From contig NW_021831041.1 of the NCBI RefSeq assembly GCF_006345805.1, positions 236,012 to 300,011 on the forward strand: a DNA stretch of 64,000 nucleotides, in the 5' to 3' direction. The position numbers were made by a program, and so were the translations under genes. Each line of letters opens with the position of its first letter. Position 1 is the stretch's first letter. The notes beneath the pieces are model-generated. The model was not told the origin of the DNA. It made no database searches and was given only the letters and a program-made list of their open reading frames with translations. Shown piece after piece: positions 12,518-25,090 of this stretch. Origin of the DNA: Octopus sinensis (lineage: Eukaryota).

Positions 12518-15506
12518 ATGACCGACCTTTTGGATGGGGCAACCGATGACTGGTACCAAGTCGGAAACGAATGTTTTTATCAGTGAGCACACTTTCAATA
12601 AACCCCCAGAAAAATAAGAAAATACTCATTTAATTGGAGTTACAACTTTCCGTTCACAGCCAACAGCGTCATCCCTTGTTTCTACGGAGGACCTATAGGT
12701 AGGTAACCCACCACAATCTCAGCCATCGCCGTTCCAATAAAGGGGTCCGAAAACTCATTTACTCCATATTTTGTCAACAATGCCGGACTATCCTTCAGAG
12801 TTAAGAAGAAAGTAATACTTTGGCCACATTTATCAGTTTGATGTGCACAGGAATGTGAAAATGGGCTGGACTGCAAAAGTCGAGTTCATATCGATATCCT
12901 CTGAGGGTGAAGTCCGAGTATATTCCATAATAAGCGGAGACTACACTGCCAACTCCTCGATTTCAGTTAGAAAATGTGGTCATATTCAATCAGAATATAA
13001 TTGACAAGAAAAAAGAGAGAATTATCGACGCTTTGTTGTTCACGAGGAGAAATAAGCAGACGGGGGTGTTGTTTCTCTCCAATCTGAGCAATCTCTACCT
13101 TTTGCACAACATTGAAACAAACAGAATAGATAAACTGCCCAAAGTTCCTGGTTTGGCATTTCTAAGTAATTGAAAGATATGAAAGTCCCTGTTTGTTGGA
13201 CAGTGGGGGAGGATAAGGACCTGAATATCCTCATAGGCACTTCTTCCGGACTGTACTCTCCATACCCTTTGAACGGGAGAATTGTATTGGTATATCACTA
13301 TGCAGTCAATTGGGGTGGATTCGTGTGTGACCAAGAATTTGATACTTGCAGCCTCCAGCTTTACTGGTGCCAGGATAGCGTTGTTAAACAGTGATGGAAT
13401 ACTGTGGATTGGACTGGTTAATATGAAGAAAACAATCCTGCAGTTGCAGACGTCTGAACATGCCTCCAATCCGACACAAATGGCCTGGTAGAGACATATT
13501 TCTATCATTTTAGGTGTGGAAGTAACGCGGTTGCTTTGCTGTGTTCCTCTCTGCTAATCCTGTACGGAATGGACGGGGAATACTCACAGTATTGCTGTGG
13601 TTGTATGAAATAGATTTTATGTTGATTCAAAGTCGCTGTTGATTAGTGAAATTGACAGTCTCCGTATGCTGATGCCAAACAGACAGGAAATACTCGTGGA
13701 ATTGGACCGTATTTGTAATGTGTGATTGATTTGGCAGAACAGGTGGTGGATACTCTGAGGATCGGTTCCACTGCTCCTTCAATATATCTTTTACGGTCTA
13801 AGCTGTCATCAGATGAACAGGAATCCGTGACAAACATGGTCATGATTAGAGACCAGCTCTGTCAAGCCGCCACGGAATGTTCAAAGGCAGCACTGCACGT
13901 TCAAAACATACAACTCCAACGTTGGCTGTTGCTTGTACTCATTGTCACTAAAGTGAGGCAGCCACGTTTGGGAAATCGTCGTGTAACAACGTGGACAGTC
14001 CGAATGAAATAATGAGGTGTGTGTGCATCATTAGACTGCTGAACACTGTCAACACTGAGGGCATTGGAGTGCCAATAACATGCAAACAGTGACCAAGTAG
14101 TAATATGATAGACTGGAGGACATGACAGTCGACCATTTTATAAGAGTGCTCACTAATCTGCACTACTTTCAATTGGCTGTTGAAATTGGTCGTTTCTTTA
14201 GAAAACCATTCAAATCTTGCGAGTTGAATATTCTCATGATGTGGGCCAATGATAAAGTGTCGAGTCATGTTTCATTCGTAGGTTTGTGAGGCCAGTCCTG
14301 ACAATGTCGTGTGTACAGCTATCCGCAATAGGTTTCTTCGAGTTGCTAATTTCCCGTATGCACAAATAGCCAGCAGTGCACTCAAATGTGGTCGGAAAAG
14401 TCTTGCTTTGGAGGTTTGTTGTTTGTTTGAGTCCCAGTTGTTGCAATACGACACGTCTTGTGAACGACAGGCAGTCATGTTGTTAAAAATGGAGAGGCAT
14501 GTTGAAGCGTTGAAAAAGGCATCTGAGAGTTTTAATCCTGACTTGAGTACTTGTGGTGCCCTGAGAGTTCTCCAGTGTATAGAATTGTGATCAAGAACAT
14601 GAGGCATAAGCTTGACAAGGAAATGTTTTACCGCGATTTGGCCAAGTTTCCACAAGCAGTTGAGTACTATTTGAAAGTAATTATTAATATATATTTGTAG
14701 TATTGCTTGGACTGCAGAGATTATGCAAGTATCCTGTATGTGCACGAAATGCAGGATAACCACGGGGAAATAGCATATTGGAAGATTAGGCAATGTGTCA
14801 AGGTCGATGTGTCCAATCATCCTTAGGGAGAGGCTGGCTATTCTAAGCAGTTGTTGGACGATGCTGCCGATTCCTTTGCACGTCAAGGGAAAGATTTCGA
14901 AAAAAACGTGTGTCAGTGAAATGACATTTCAGGAAGTCAAATTACATCAAATCTTGTTGAAGGAGTACAACAACCTGGGGTTGGGTCATTCTACCAAGTG
15001 TTCGGTCAGAGACCTGCTGACCCTGTGCTTTAACACGAACAACCTGCAAACGGCGGAAAGAATGAAAAACGTGTTTAAAATAACTAACAAGCGGTTGGTA
15101 GTGAGTGAAGACAGTTTTAGTTGGTATGTTTATTTGGTGGACTATTTGGCGAGGGAAGCAAAATGGAGTGAGTTGTCAGCACTGATAAAAGGCAAGAAGG
15201 TGCCTTCGTGTGGATACTTGGTGGTGATTGAGTGATATTTAAGCCATTCGCGACTGCCTTCATGCGCGGAGGGCAGGGAGTGTTGGCACAGCAGGTGATT
15301 GACCGGGCGGGGGTGGAGGAGAGAGTGCGCTATTATTTACAGTTCGGGTATTCGTTGGGGTGAGTGGCCGTAGAATGCATCGACAAGCTGCGGAATGTGC
15401 CTTCAGGGGTGGCGATGAATTCGTGTCCCTTGTCTATGACCAGTGTAGAAGGGACAATCAACTGCAGCTCTTTCAAGATATTAAAAACCAGTTTGATGCT
15501 AATTAA
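12518..15506 (+). CDS. VPS16: Vacuolar protein sorting 16 (HOPS/CORVET core subunit)
   Basis: N-terminus DWYQVGNECFYQK..FYGGPIA; later IGVPIT, FPYAQIASSALKCGRKSLALELL and AKWSEL. Twenty GT-AG introns of 22-29 nt (505 nt) leave 828 codons, the expected size for VPS16. Confidence 0.9.
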
Positions 15507-15547
15507 TTTATTTATAATAAATAATAATGAAAACAAATTAAGTTAGG

Positions 15548-15622
15548 AATGAGCAGAGAGGAAACTCCGGGGGGCTAAAGCACGCGCCCTCTTGCGGAAA
15601 GTACCGCATGCGTGCTGCCATT
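15548..15622 (+). ncRNA. Candidate structured RNA (GC-rich, H-type pseudoknot with inserted hairpin), family unknown
   Basis: GGGGGGC(15569-75)/GCCCTCT(15586-92), AGCACGC(15579-85)/GCGTGCT(15610-16), hairpin TGCGG-AAAGTA-CCGCA and GAG-GAAA-CTC, all in an otherwise very AT-rich intergenic spacer. Confidence 0.35.
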
Positions 15623-15829
15623 AATTTATTTACAAATAAATTTTTACGTATATTCATTACAACCGCAAAAGTATTGAATATAGCAGTTTATATAGGAAAG
15701 AGGTAGATAAATCAATAATTCTAATAAAAATTACAATTGAATTATTTTTTTAAAAAATGACCTACCCAAAAGTAAATTAATTTTAAAAGTGTGGTTTTTG
15801 ACACTTGAATATGTCTGGGTATGAGAGGC

Positions 15830-16300
15830 GCCAACAAAATTGAATTTCTCTGTTACCGACATTTCTTTATCTTGAAAGTGAGGTCATAAGAAAAGTCATT
15901 TCAGAGTGCGATGTATGTAAGTATTTTCTTTTACTTCTGTAACATATAGAAGGCCATCGATATATTGATACCCAACTCCGAGAGCAATAACAGTTTTTTT
16001 GGCATTTAGTATTGAGGTTTGCAAGCCCGACACCAAATTTTAAAGACACGCCAAGTAAAGCCGCAGTTTTTTTATAAAACATGAACTTGAGAGTTTCAGA
16101 ATCAATCGTAAATAATCACCTGTGAGGATTACTTTCGCCTCTTTGTAAAGTTTATGGAAGGTAGGTTTAAGATGTTTGAGCTTGTCTTCATTTATGAAAA
16201 ATAGCTCACCATGAATAAGAGAGTAGGTATTAACTATTTCATGATTGGAGACTGGATCAATACCCCATTCGATAAAGCAGTCAAAGTCGTCAATTACGGC
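15830..16300 (-). CDS. Unidentified spliced gene segment (weak ELP6-like resemblance)
   Basis: AVIDDFDCFIEWGIDP..SLIH joined by a 24-nt GT-AG intron to DKLKHLKPTFHKLYKEAKVILT, and later KTVIALGVGYQYIDGLLYV. The full model was not resolved. Confidence 0.3.
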
Positions 16301-16354
16301 TAAAATAAGAAAAGTATTTAAAAATTTACTTAATTCAAGAAATTAAAAATGGAG

Positions 16355-16550
16355 GAGTTAGCTGCCAAGCTCGCTTGCAGGCTTGTCTCTTCTGATTTTA
16401 GTCTATTTTTCAAGCGTGATAAACTTTGAGTTTCTGTTACGAACGGATGCGAGGCTGTCGCTCATGCCCTGAGATATTATATCAACAGTGCTTCTGCTAC
16501 TTCTTGCTCTGAAAGAGCCATTCTCAAACTCCATATAAAGTTTCCAACTT
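16355..16550 (+). mobile_element. CRE-clade non-LTR retrotransposon RT fragment
   Basis: LAAKLACRLV..L*VSVTNGCEAVAHALR..AILKL parallels LSAKLLCR..QLGVGVPNGCEAAVHSI..MVKLD of the long copy at 38.9-41.1 kb. Confidence 0.75.
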
Positions 16551-17029
16551 TTCTACATCAAGACTTTACTTTGATTGGGAAAGGGTTGACATCGGCAAAC
16601 GATCTTGAGCTCTTGAGCGAAAAAGAGAAGACTGAAAGTGATTAACAAAACGTATCCAAGAGACGGCGGTACACACAAGATAACGTTACTAACGTTTTTT
16701 TGCGGTGTGCAAAATAATAATGATTCTCATATAGTAGATTCCCTTTCAAAAAGCAAACTATCCTGATTGACATCATTCGAAGGGTTGGAAAAATAAATCA
16801 AAAATTTATATTGTCAAATAGTATATGAAGCTTATCCCAAACCGGTCAATGTGATAAATCTGAGTCAAGAGAAGAGCGTGTCTGCCGAATGACATGTTTG
16901 AAATATCTGAAGGAAGAAAACAATGCTCGGAAGAGATAAAGAGTCTGGAGTAGTTTTTCCACAATTTGAAAATTTTTTCAATTTATTTTTTAATGAAATC
17001 AAATCAAAAACTAGTAGATCTATATCGGA

Positions 17030-17600
17030 CCTCGGGGTCAGTCCGACAAGACGCACTGCGGATCGAGAGACAGTTCCCGCGTAGAATAGAGACCGAGACG
17101 TGCTGAAAGAGCCAGCTCGCCTCCCTCCGGTCATGCGTCTTCAAGGCAATTTTATCTCCGAGCATACGCAACAACCTCTCGGTTTCCTCACCGACTACGC
17201 CAGTAATCTCAAAAGCAAAGGGGACGAACTCTTAAGCGTCAGAAAGGAGTAAATATTTGACTTCTTCCAATCCGCCGCAAACGCGCAAACGTATCCTGTG
17301 AAACATACTGTTTATGGCAACAGCGTCTCAAAAAAAGAATCCACACAGGTCAAGTCCCAGACAAGTGATTTACCTCCCGTGAAAGGAAACGTAGTCATCC
17401 TGTCAAGACGTTTCCCGTCGTTCCGAAGGAGTCCAACAGGTTCCAGTGTAGACGGAAATCCGGCGGACAATTGAAATATACACGGATTTAAATATCCAGA
17501 GATCCCAAGGAATTTAAATTCCTTATTCAGAGAATCTCGCTGGCTGTTTTACGCGGGAATTGTCTCTCAATCATGTGAGCCGGTACTTAATAGCTAGATT
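17030..17600 (-). mobile_element. CRE-clade retrotransposon restriction-like endonuclease (RLE) / 3' fragment
   Basis: [43 protein letters not shown] and FVPFAFEITGVVG..REASWLFQHVSVSILRGNCLSI. Confidence 0.85.
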
Positions 17601-19556
17601 TTTTTAATTGTTTTCATTTTCGAAATATAAAAATTATTCCATTGAAATATTATTAGCTTTAAATAATGTTTAATATCTGACATTACTAATTGTGTTTTTA
17701 ATTGACTATTTGTATTTAAATTTAAAATACATTCTTTGTGGCTACTTTAATTTTTATAGGAATGATTTATTTTCCAAATTTATTAAAGCTAAGTTGTAGA
17801 ATACAACACTTAAGTGGCCTAAAATTTATATATTCAACAAATAATCGATGTGCTGGTAAACTCAGACTAAAATATGTCGGATTTACTCATGGTCGCCCAT
17901 TAAAGATTCCTACACATGTAAACGCTTTCGTGTTTTTTTGCGTAAGTACTTGGATATTGTACATCCTTTTTGGCAAGTAATGCATTTCTTGTTTATATCA
18001 GATTTGATCCAGACCTACCGTTCACAGAAAACTATTTTTTAAATGATTAACTATTTTTTAAATGTACTACCTCTCTTGATTTTATTTTCACAAAATAATC
18101 ACCTCCGATAATTAAACTTTCTAAAGTGTTCACTATAAAATATTTGTATGCTCGTACATTTCAGCCATCTTTTCTAAGTTTCTAAATTTTCAGATAGGAT
18201 TTGTTACATGTAGAGCTTAATAATCCCCGATCTCTTGCTGGTTATCGAAACCGGAATTACTAACTAATAAAAGAATCAGGAAAATATTTTTTTACAACTT
18301 CTATTTGTTAATTAAAAAGTCAAGCATTCATTACTCTAATTTAAAAGTTTCATAAGATGAATTAGTTGGTTTGTATGAGCGTAAAATGTAGCCAATGTTT
18401 CGTTTTTAGCCTAATGGTAATTTTAAAGTGAAAGCCTTTCATTTTGTTTTTACAGTATTAATAGAAGAAACATTTAGCCTTCTTTTTTATTACATCTGAG
18501 TACGAACAATAGAATGCGTTTTTTTGTTAAAAATTAAATATAAATCGTACCAATCAGATATAGCGAATAAATGACCTTTTAATAATTATTGACCCTCTTT
18601 TCTGATGGAAGACCTCAATTGAAAACTTTTAAAAATATTATTTCAAAATCTTTTTGTTTTTTAGCACTTGCAAATTCAGAGAAGTATTTCTGAATTTTCA
18701 TTGCTGCGTAATTTTTACTTCTATTTCAAAATTCTTTCTATATTGAAAATTTAGTGAGCTAGGTTACATAGCTAACAAAATTTAAACCGTGGGAAAAAAC
18801 GCTTGAACTGGACAAAAGAATAAACGAGATTTATCACCAAATAAGTGTGTCTTCAACATCTTTCGGCGGAATTGGCCTGTTAATACATTGAAGGAAAAGA
18901 GGTTACCTACCTGAATCATTTTGCAAATAGAGGATGTAGTGACCAGAAAGAGAGGTTTAATTAATATCTGAATTTTTAATTATCGATAGTTAACAAATAG
19001 TACATTTTTCTGAATAACTACAGCCAAATGTCGAATTGTCGGTGTGATTCTTGAATCTTTGTTGCATATTTGAAAATCCAAGATTACAGTTGCAGCTTCA
19101 AAAGTCCCTTTTTTAATAATTCGAACTAAATATTTAAGCCAATTTTTTCCCGTCGTTGGTTTCGATCGTTTCCACTTAAATATTATGTACTTTACTGCAT
19201 CTGTCTTCTAGCACCTCAAATAACAATAGCTATTTAGGCCATCCATCAATGCGGCATCATTCCTCAATAAATAATAAGTTGTCACTGATTTCTAAAAATG
19301 ATTTTCCAAACCATTCAGTTTAAAGTAAATAATCACATCCTCCATTATTCCTCTTCTTGAATAAAAATTTTTAAATCATCGAAGAATAAAACGTGATTTG
19401 TAGAATGCCCACCAATAGATTTATTATTTTTACAGACATTTTGAATTGAGTAGTTTTGTGAATGAATCGACATTTATATACAAATTTCGAATGTTGCTTA
19501 CTCTGATTACAACAGGGAATTGATTTAAATTTATTATTTAAATAAAATATAATTTT

Positions 19557-20734
19557 ATGAATAAGAATGTTTTTGTTGTCACACGCTATTTATGCACTGG
19601 ATTCCGTCCTCTACGTCCTCTGAAGCCCAAATCTAGTTCTGAGAGAGTAGTTAACTCACATGGACAATTCGTAGGAGTCCCGTCCATTCATTGATCACAA
19701 AAAAATATCAGTCAAGGCAGGAAATGGAGGCGACGGGGGTCTATTCTTCCAGTCACTCTCCGGAAATCCCCATGCAGGCCCAAGTGGAGGAAATGGGGGA
19801 AACGGTGGTCATGTAATACTTCAAGGTTCCCAAGTTTCACACCAATTTAAGTTTCAAGTCAAGTCGAGTCCCTCAATCACATCTGTCGGTCATATGCTGC
19901 CGAAAATGGGGTCAACGGAGGAATTGGCAATTGTTTTGGCACCAGCGGGAAACATTTGATAATCCCAGTACTATTTTTTGTGTATTTTCAAAAAGGTACC
20001 CAAAAACACTATTGTTTGGCATTGTGGAAAAATTTTGACCGAATTAGTCAGAGACAACCAGTTTTTTATTGCTGCCCACGGAGGAAGTGGCGGAAACGGG
20101 AACCGCGCTTTCCGTTCTTCCGTGACGAGGACACCGAACGTGGCGGAATATGGAGGGGTGGGCGAAGCCTTTGATTTCGAGCTTGAACTTAAGCTTATGG
20201 CGGATGTTGGCTTGGTTTCTCATCTTTATTGACTCAAGTAAGATTGGCTTCCCAAACGCGGGAAAATCTAGTCTTCTAAACTCAATTTCCCGCGCAAAAC
20301 CACGTGTCTCCTGCATTCCGTTCACGACTCTTATGCCTCAAGTCGGAGTAGTTGAGTTTGAGGATTACCGTCAAATCACCGTGGCGGACTTACCGGGACT
20401 TGTGAAGGGATCCTCGGTTGATGGAGGTCTCGGATTTGAGTCTTTGAGACACGTTGAGCGGTGTCGTTGTTTGGTGTTTGTCCTTGATCTTTCTCTCGAT
20501 TTATTTCGTCAGTTCCACGACTTAAAGTGTCAATTGGAGGACTACAAAGAGGGACTGAGTCGCCTTCCTTCTTTTGTGGTCTGCAATAAAGTCGATTTAC
20601 AAGACGCAAGTCGGAAATTTGATGAATTTGTCCGCCTGGAGGACACGCAACTTACCTCTGTGGCTGTCTCTGCCAAATTTGGGATTGGCATTGCAGACTT
20701 TCTGACTAAATTACGCTCTGAACTCTTTGCTTAA
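19557..20734 (+). CDS. MTG2: Mitochondrial Obg-family GTPase MTG2 (GTPBP5)
   Basis: Gly-rich Obg fold (KAGNGGDG, GPSGGNGGNGGHV, AAHGGSGGNGN), ADVGLIGFPNAGKSS, PFTTL, VADLPGL and NKVD. Four introns (28,26,28,28 nt) leave 356 codons. Confidence 0.92.
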
Positions 20735-20903
20735 TAAATGTAGTGAAATGTGTGTACATCAGTAGAACAAGGCATGCGAGAAGGCACAAATAAGGGTCAC
20801 TGATCTAACAGATACCCCACCCACCTTACATAGTGAGATATTAGTCACCCAACCAAAGAAAGACTGCAATCTTTGCCGCTTAACCAAGGGGAATTAATTA
20901 AAC

Positions 20904-23661
20904 CAGTGGTTCTCAACCTTTTTTGTCCGCGGACCCCCTGTGTGAGTAATGAAAAATTCGCGGGACCCCTACATATTTATTAAGTTGTTGTCAAAAAAAA
21001 TTTACTTATCAAAAACAAAATTTATTATGAAATCAATAGAGAAAATTATGAGAAGGTTGAATTGTTTTTTCGAGGCAATTTTTTCAATAAGAGGCTCGGT
21101 TGTCGACAAGCAAACCCTGATGTCATCTTCAATATTAAGTCTTGCGCGATTATTATTTTTATATTGGAAGTGCTGAGAAGCCATGTTCGCATAAATATGT
21201 TGTCGGGAAATATAAGCAAACAAATTAATGCATTTGCGCTTACGGAAGGATAATGCTTACACATTTCGCACCAAAATCTTGATAAAGCAAGTTTTTCATA
21301 CAAATCTCTGCGTTTGAATTATTGATCATGTCAATAAAAGCCTCTTCGATTTTTCATCGACCAAAACGTGGATCAACACTGAATGGTGTACGAATGAATT
21401 TCAAATCAATTTCGTTCAATTCTGGAAAGTATTTATTTACTTCTTGTTGAAGATATGTTAAATGTGTAAATAAGTTCGGTTATTTTTTGATTTCAAAGCA
21501 TATATTATTTACAGATTGTTCTTCCAAAGATTCAAAACATAGTTAAAAATTATTTAGTTACTTTTCTTTCCACAGTGGTTAACTTCATCAAAAAAGCTCT
21601 AATAATTAATATGAAACAGTTAACAAACTTAATTTTATCCACAAAATCAATTATTGTTTCATGTCTTCCTGAAGCGATTTGTGAGTGAAATTATACGAGA
21701 GAAGACATCTCTCAAGTAAGACAAGTTTAGATAGCCATGAACTATCCATTAATTCGAAATAAATTCCGATGATTTGGAAGTTTTTCGCGAATAAAATATT
21801 CAGATAATTCATTCCTCAAAGAAAAACTCTGGCAAGAATGTTTCCCCGAGATAGCCATCTCACCTCAGTGTGGAATAACAAAGCCTTTCCATCCTTTTCA
21901 AATTCTTCGCAAATAAGTCTGAAAATGCGCGAATTTAAAGCACTCTTTTTAAATAATTATGATATGTACGACATCATCGAGAACATATCTTAAATCTGAA
22001 GGTAATGTTTTTGCAGCAAGTGCAAATCGATGTAGCATACAATGCATATGTTTCGTTTCCTGGTTAGCAAGTCTAACTTGGCCTCTAAAGCCAGAATGAA
22101 AGCCAAGCATTTCTGGAGCTCCATCGGTTGTGCAACAACATACATTATTCCAAGATAACCCACACAGTCAAAAAACATAGAAATTGCTTAAAAAATATCT
22201 TCTCCTTTAGTGGTCGATTCAAGCGAATAGGAAAATAAAAATTCCTTTTTCGTTTTTCGGCAATATTATGAGGTTTCTTTTCTTTCGCATAACGTAATGA
22301 GATCATGTAAGATGCTAATAGCATGGAATTATCAGAAGGCAAAGTTTGTATGAAACGAGTCAGTCAATTCATCATTTTACGCAAAGAAATAAAATAATCC
22401 TTATTTTTGTGGATTAGATGGGGATTACATGTGCGCAAGTGTCTCACAAGAGTTGTTGGTTTCATGCTATTGTGTGACAGAATTTTCATGCACACAACAC
22501 ATTTTGGGCTTGCAAATCCATCTTTATCAATACAAATAAACGCATATTTTATATAATCAGGATTATATTTGCATATCTTAACAACATCGAGGAATTCATA
22601 TCAATAGCGTGCTTAAAAATTTTATTAACTTTTACTAAAAAATAATATAATAATACGATTTTTATAAATAATTGAGTTACATTCAGCTTTAAAGTAATTT
22701 AGCCTCCTCAGTATTATTGAATATTAAAATATATTAATTTATTTAGCCCCCTCAGTATTTTTGAATAAAATATATTAATTTATAATATATCTAAAAGAGA
22801 TATTATAATTATGATTTAATTCTATTATATATTAATTTAAAATTATTATCATTAAATAGCTGGGGCAAGCATGTCCATTCGTAGAATATGGCCAAATAAC
22901 CTCCACCGCATATTGACGATTTCCACACTCAGAGGGCCAGTTCTGCATCTATTGTATAGCGATTCCTGGTTGATTCTTATAGGCCAGTTCAATCCCAGTA
23001 GGGATCTAAGTTGCCTGCGGTGAAAAAGAATCAAGTCCACGTTGTTCAGTACTAGACATTCCCCAGGTCGCCGAATTATATGTCAGGATTGGTTTGACAA
23101 AGGCTTCATACATCCTCAGACGAAGTGACGTACAGAGTCGTCGTTTGCCGATCCACTCTTCTTTATCTTGTTCATCGTGGCCCAAGCGAGAGCCTTTCTT
23201 CTGACAATATCATGGCCGTCCCCAAGTAGAGAACCGAGTTTGTTCGTTTTGCGCCAGGCTTCACTTGAGCTGCTCTCCATCCTCATGATTTCAACGATGT
23301 CGGTTTTTCCAATGTCGGTTTTTAGCAATGGAGGGCTACTTCCTGAAAGAGGGATCGAGCTTCCGTGGACGTCACGTGTTACGCTGCCGGAAACACTTGA
23401 CGGAGACCTGAAATGTGTGAAGAAAAGGCTAAGGAGTGGTGAGGATCTGGACGAGCTGAGGAAACTCGCTCACGACAGAGGAGGTTGGAGGAGGCTGGTT
23501 CAAGGATTGTTTTTAATGCTGCACGAGTAAAATTATAACTAATATGATTCTACGTATGTTGCAAATAATAATAATATCATTAAATAGAAACATTTAAATA
23601 AAGTTTCAGAAAAATCTCGCGGACCCTGGAATCTTTCGCGGACCCAGGTTGAGAACCACTG
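20904..23661 (-). mobile_element. hAT (Buster/Charlie-type) DNA transposon, degraded
   Basis: TIRs CAGTGGTTCTCAACC at both ends and 8-bp TSD AATTAAAC (20896-20903 / 23662-23669, central TA). Transposase remnants LLFHTEVRWLSRG and the dimerisation domain LLIFP..RARLNIEDDIRVCLS. Confidence 0.95.
22860..23574. mobile_element. RTE-clade retrotransposon 3' insertion with 5' inversion, nested in the hAT
   Basis: 13-bp TSD TATCATTAAATAG (22847-59 / 23575-87) and (TAA)n tail. Minus-strand part KLGSLLG..RWRLFGHILRMD; plus-strand part AMEGYF..FRGR..TLPETL..AHDRGGWRRLV. Confidence 0.9.
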
Positions 23662-23689
23662 AATTAAACCAATCTTGTATAATCTCAAT

Positions 23690-24990
23690 AAAGGACTACC
23701 TAAAGTCACGTCTTCTGGCAACCTAACAGGCGGGGGATCGTTTTCAGAGGACTCACTCAAGTCAACGTGATGACCCCCATTCGATGACGACCACGTGAAT
23801 TCCCTCATTGTCCTGTCCATAGAAACCTCCTCCACTCCACGGATACATGTCTCCATTACTGAAGATGATGTTAGTAAATAAAGACAAATCATGCACATTC
23901 GTCTCCACTGGGATAAACCTCCTTCGTGGGGTCACTTCATACACCTCACTGCACTCCTCTTTGACCCTACTACTGTTGTAATCATTGGAGGGAACATATT
24001 GTCCACATCCTCCCTCGAACACACGTACAGATCCATCTCAGTACAACTCTGTCACATTACCCACACATGACCACCTGGTACCCTCAGGGGATTGCGGCTA
24101 TTAAGCGACGCACAGCCTGGGCCGGTCGCTCCCGAAGATCCCGAAGCGCTGCGTGTGGATGCGAAATTTCCGGTGGTCCAGGACAAGAAAACAAGTGGTG
24201 GACGGAGATCAGGTAAAGGCTACACACGTGGAAGGGCTTTCTTTCTGATTTTTCCCATGAAATCGCATGCAAAGCAGGGATAATGTCCAAAGCGAGGTCT
24301 TGCGAAAGTCACACGTTCCTTTCTTGGCAGTAGTGATTCTGATTCATCGATTTCCGAGAAGGTTCTTGGAGTATTTGGTTCGGTGATATTCTCCAGAGGG
24401 GCCTCGTAGAGATACAGTATTAGAGCCGATCTTCTTTTCTGTTTCCCAAAGGGGATTTTTAACAGAGTTTTTTCCGGGTTAGCACAGGTAGCACGTATTT
24501 GCCTTTTGTTGGCAGATTTGCGAAGTTTGTGTGCCGGGTGGTAAGCAGCCGTGGAGTCCGCCATTTCGAGATGGTCAGTTTTGTTTCCCAGTGTAGGTGA
24601 TCGATAGGGGAAGATTTTAAACATCCAGGTTATATCTTTGGAGAGAGGACTTATTCTGGTTCTTTTTTAAGAGTGAACTGATAAGTTTGAAAAGGCAGTC
24701 GACAGTATGTTTACGGAGGACGGGAATTCTGCGAGTGTTTTAAACAAATAAATGAGTTTGCTACAATTGCAGGATTTCTTGCCTGAATGTATGCAACTCT
24801 CGACGAAGAATATGGATTTTTGGCTCATCAAAGCTGCTCAAAGAAAATATTTGTTTAAGAACATTAATTTTAAAGTGCTACATTCGGCGTTCTTCAAATG
24901 TAAGGAAAAACAAAATGTTGACCCAGCCACGACTTCAGAGTGGTTATCTAAAGGAAACAACGGTCTACGAAGTGTGGCATTGTACTGTTT
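23690..24990 (-). CDS. Unidentified multi-exon gene
   Basis: Coding-like composition with overlapping open frames linked by short GT-AG segments (e.g. SFDEPKIHILRRELHTFRQEILQL/IPVLRKHTVDCLFKL). No recognisable domain. Confidence 0.3.
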
Positions 24991-25022
24991 TTTGCAGGAC
25001 AGGAATTTAATTCACTTTAGAT

Positions 25023-25090
25023 TAGGGGTGTCAAACATGCGGCCCTCAAAAGGCATAGGTGCGGCCAATAGCGTACTTTGGCAAACATAA
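25023..25090 (+). mobile_element. Probable solitary hAT terminus
   Basis: TAGGGGTGTCAAACATGCGGCCC resembles hAT termini with subterminal GCGGCC repeats. No partner end found. Confidence 0.45.

Noticed and set aside
15548-15622. HDV-like or pistol ribozyme, -1 frameshift signal, or telomerase RNA
   Set aside because: No P3/L3 or J4/2 (HDV) and no P1 around the GGGC loop (pistol). It is not in a CDS, the slippery site is imperfect, and the only template-like motif is on the wrong strand. Kept only as an unclassified candidate.
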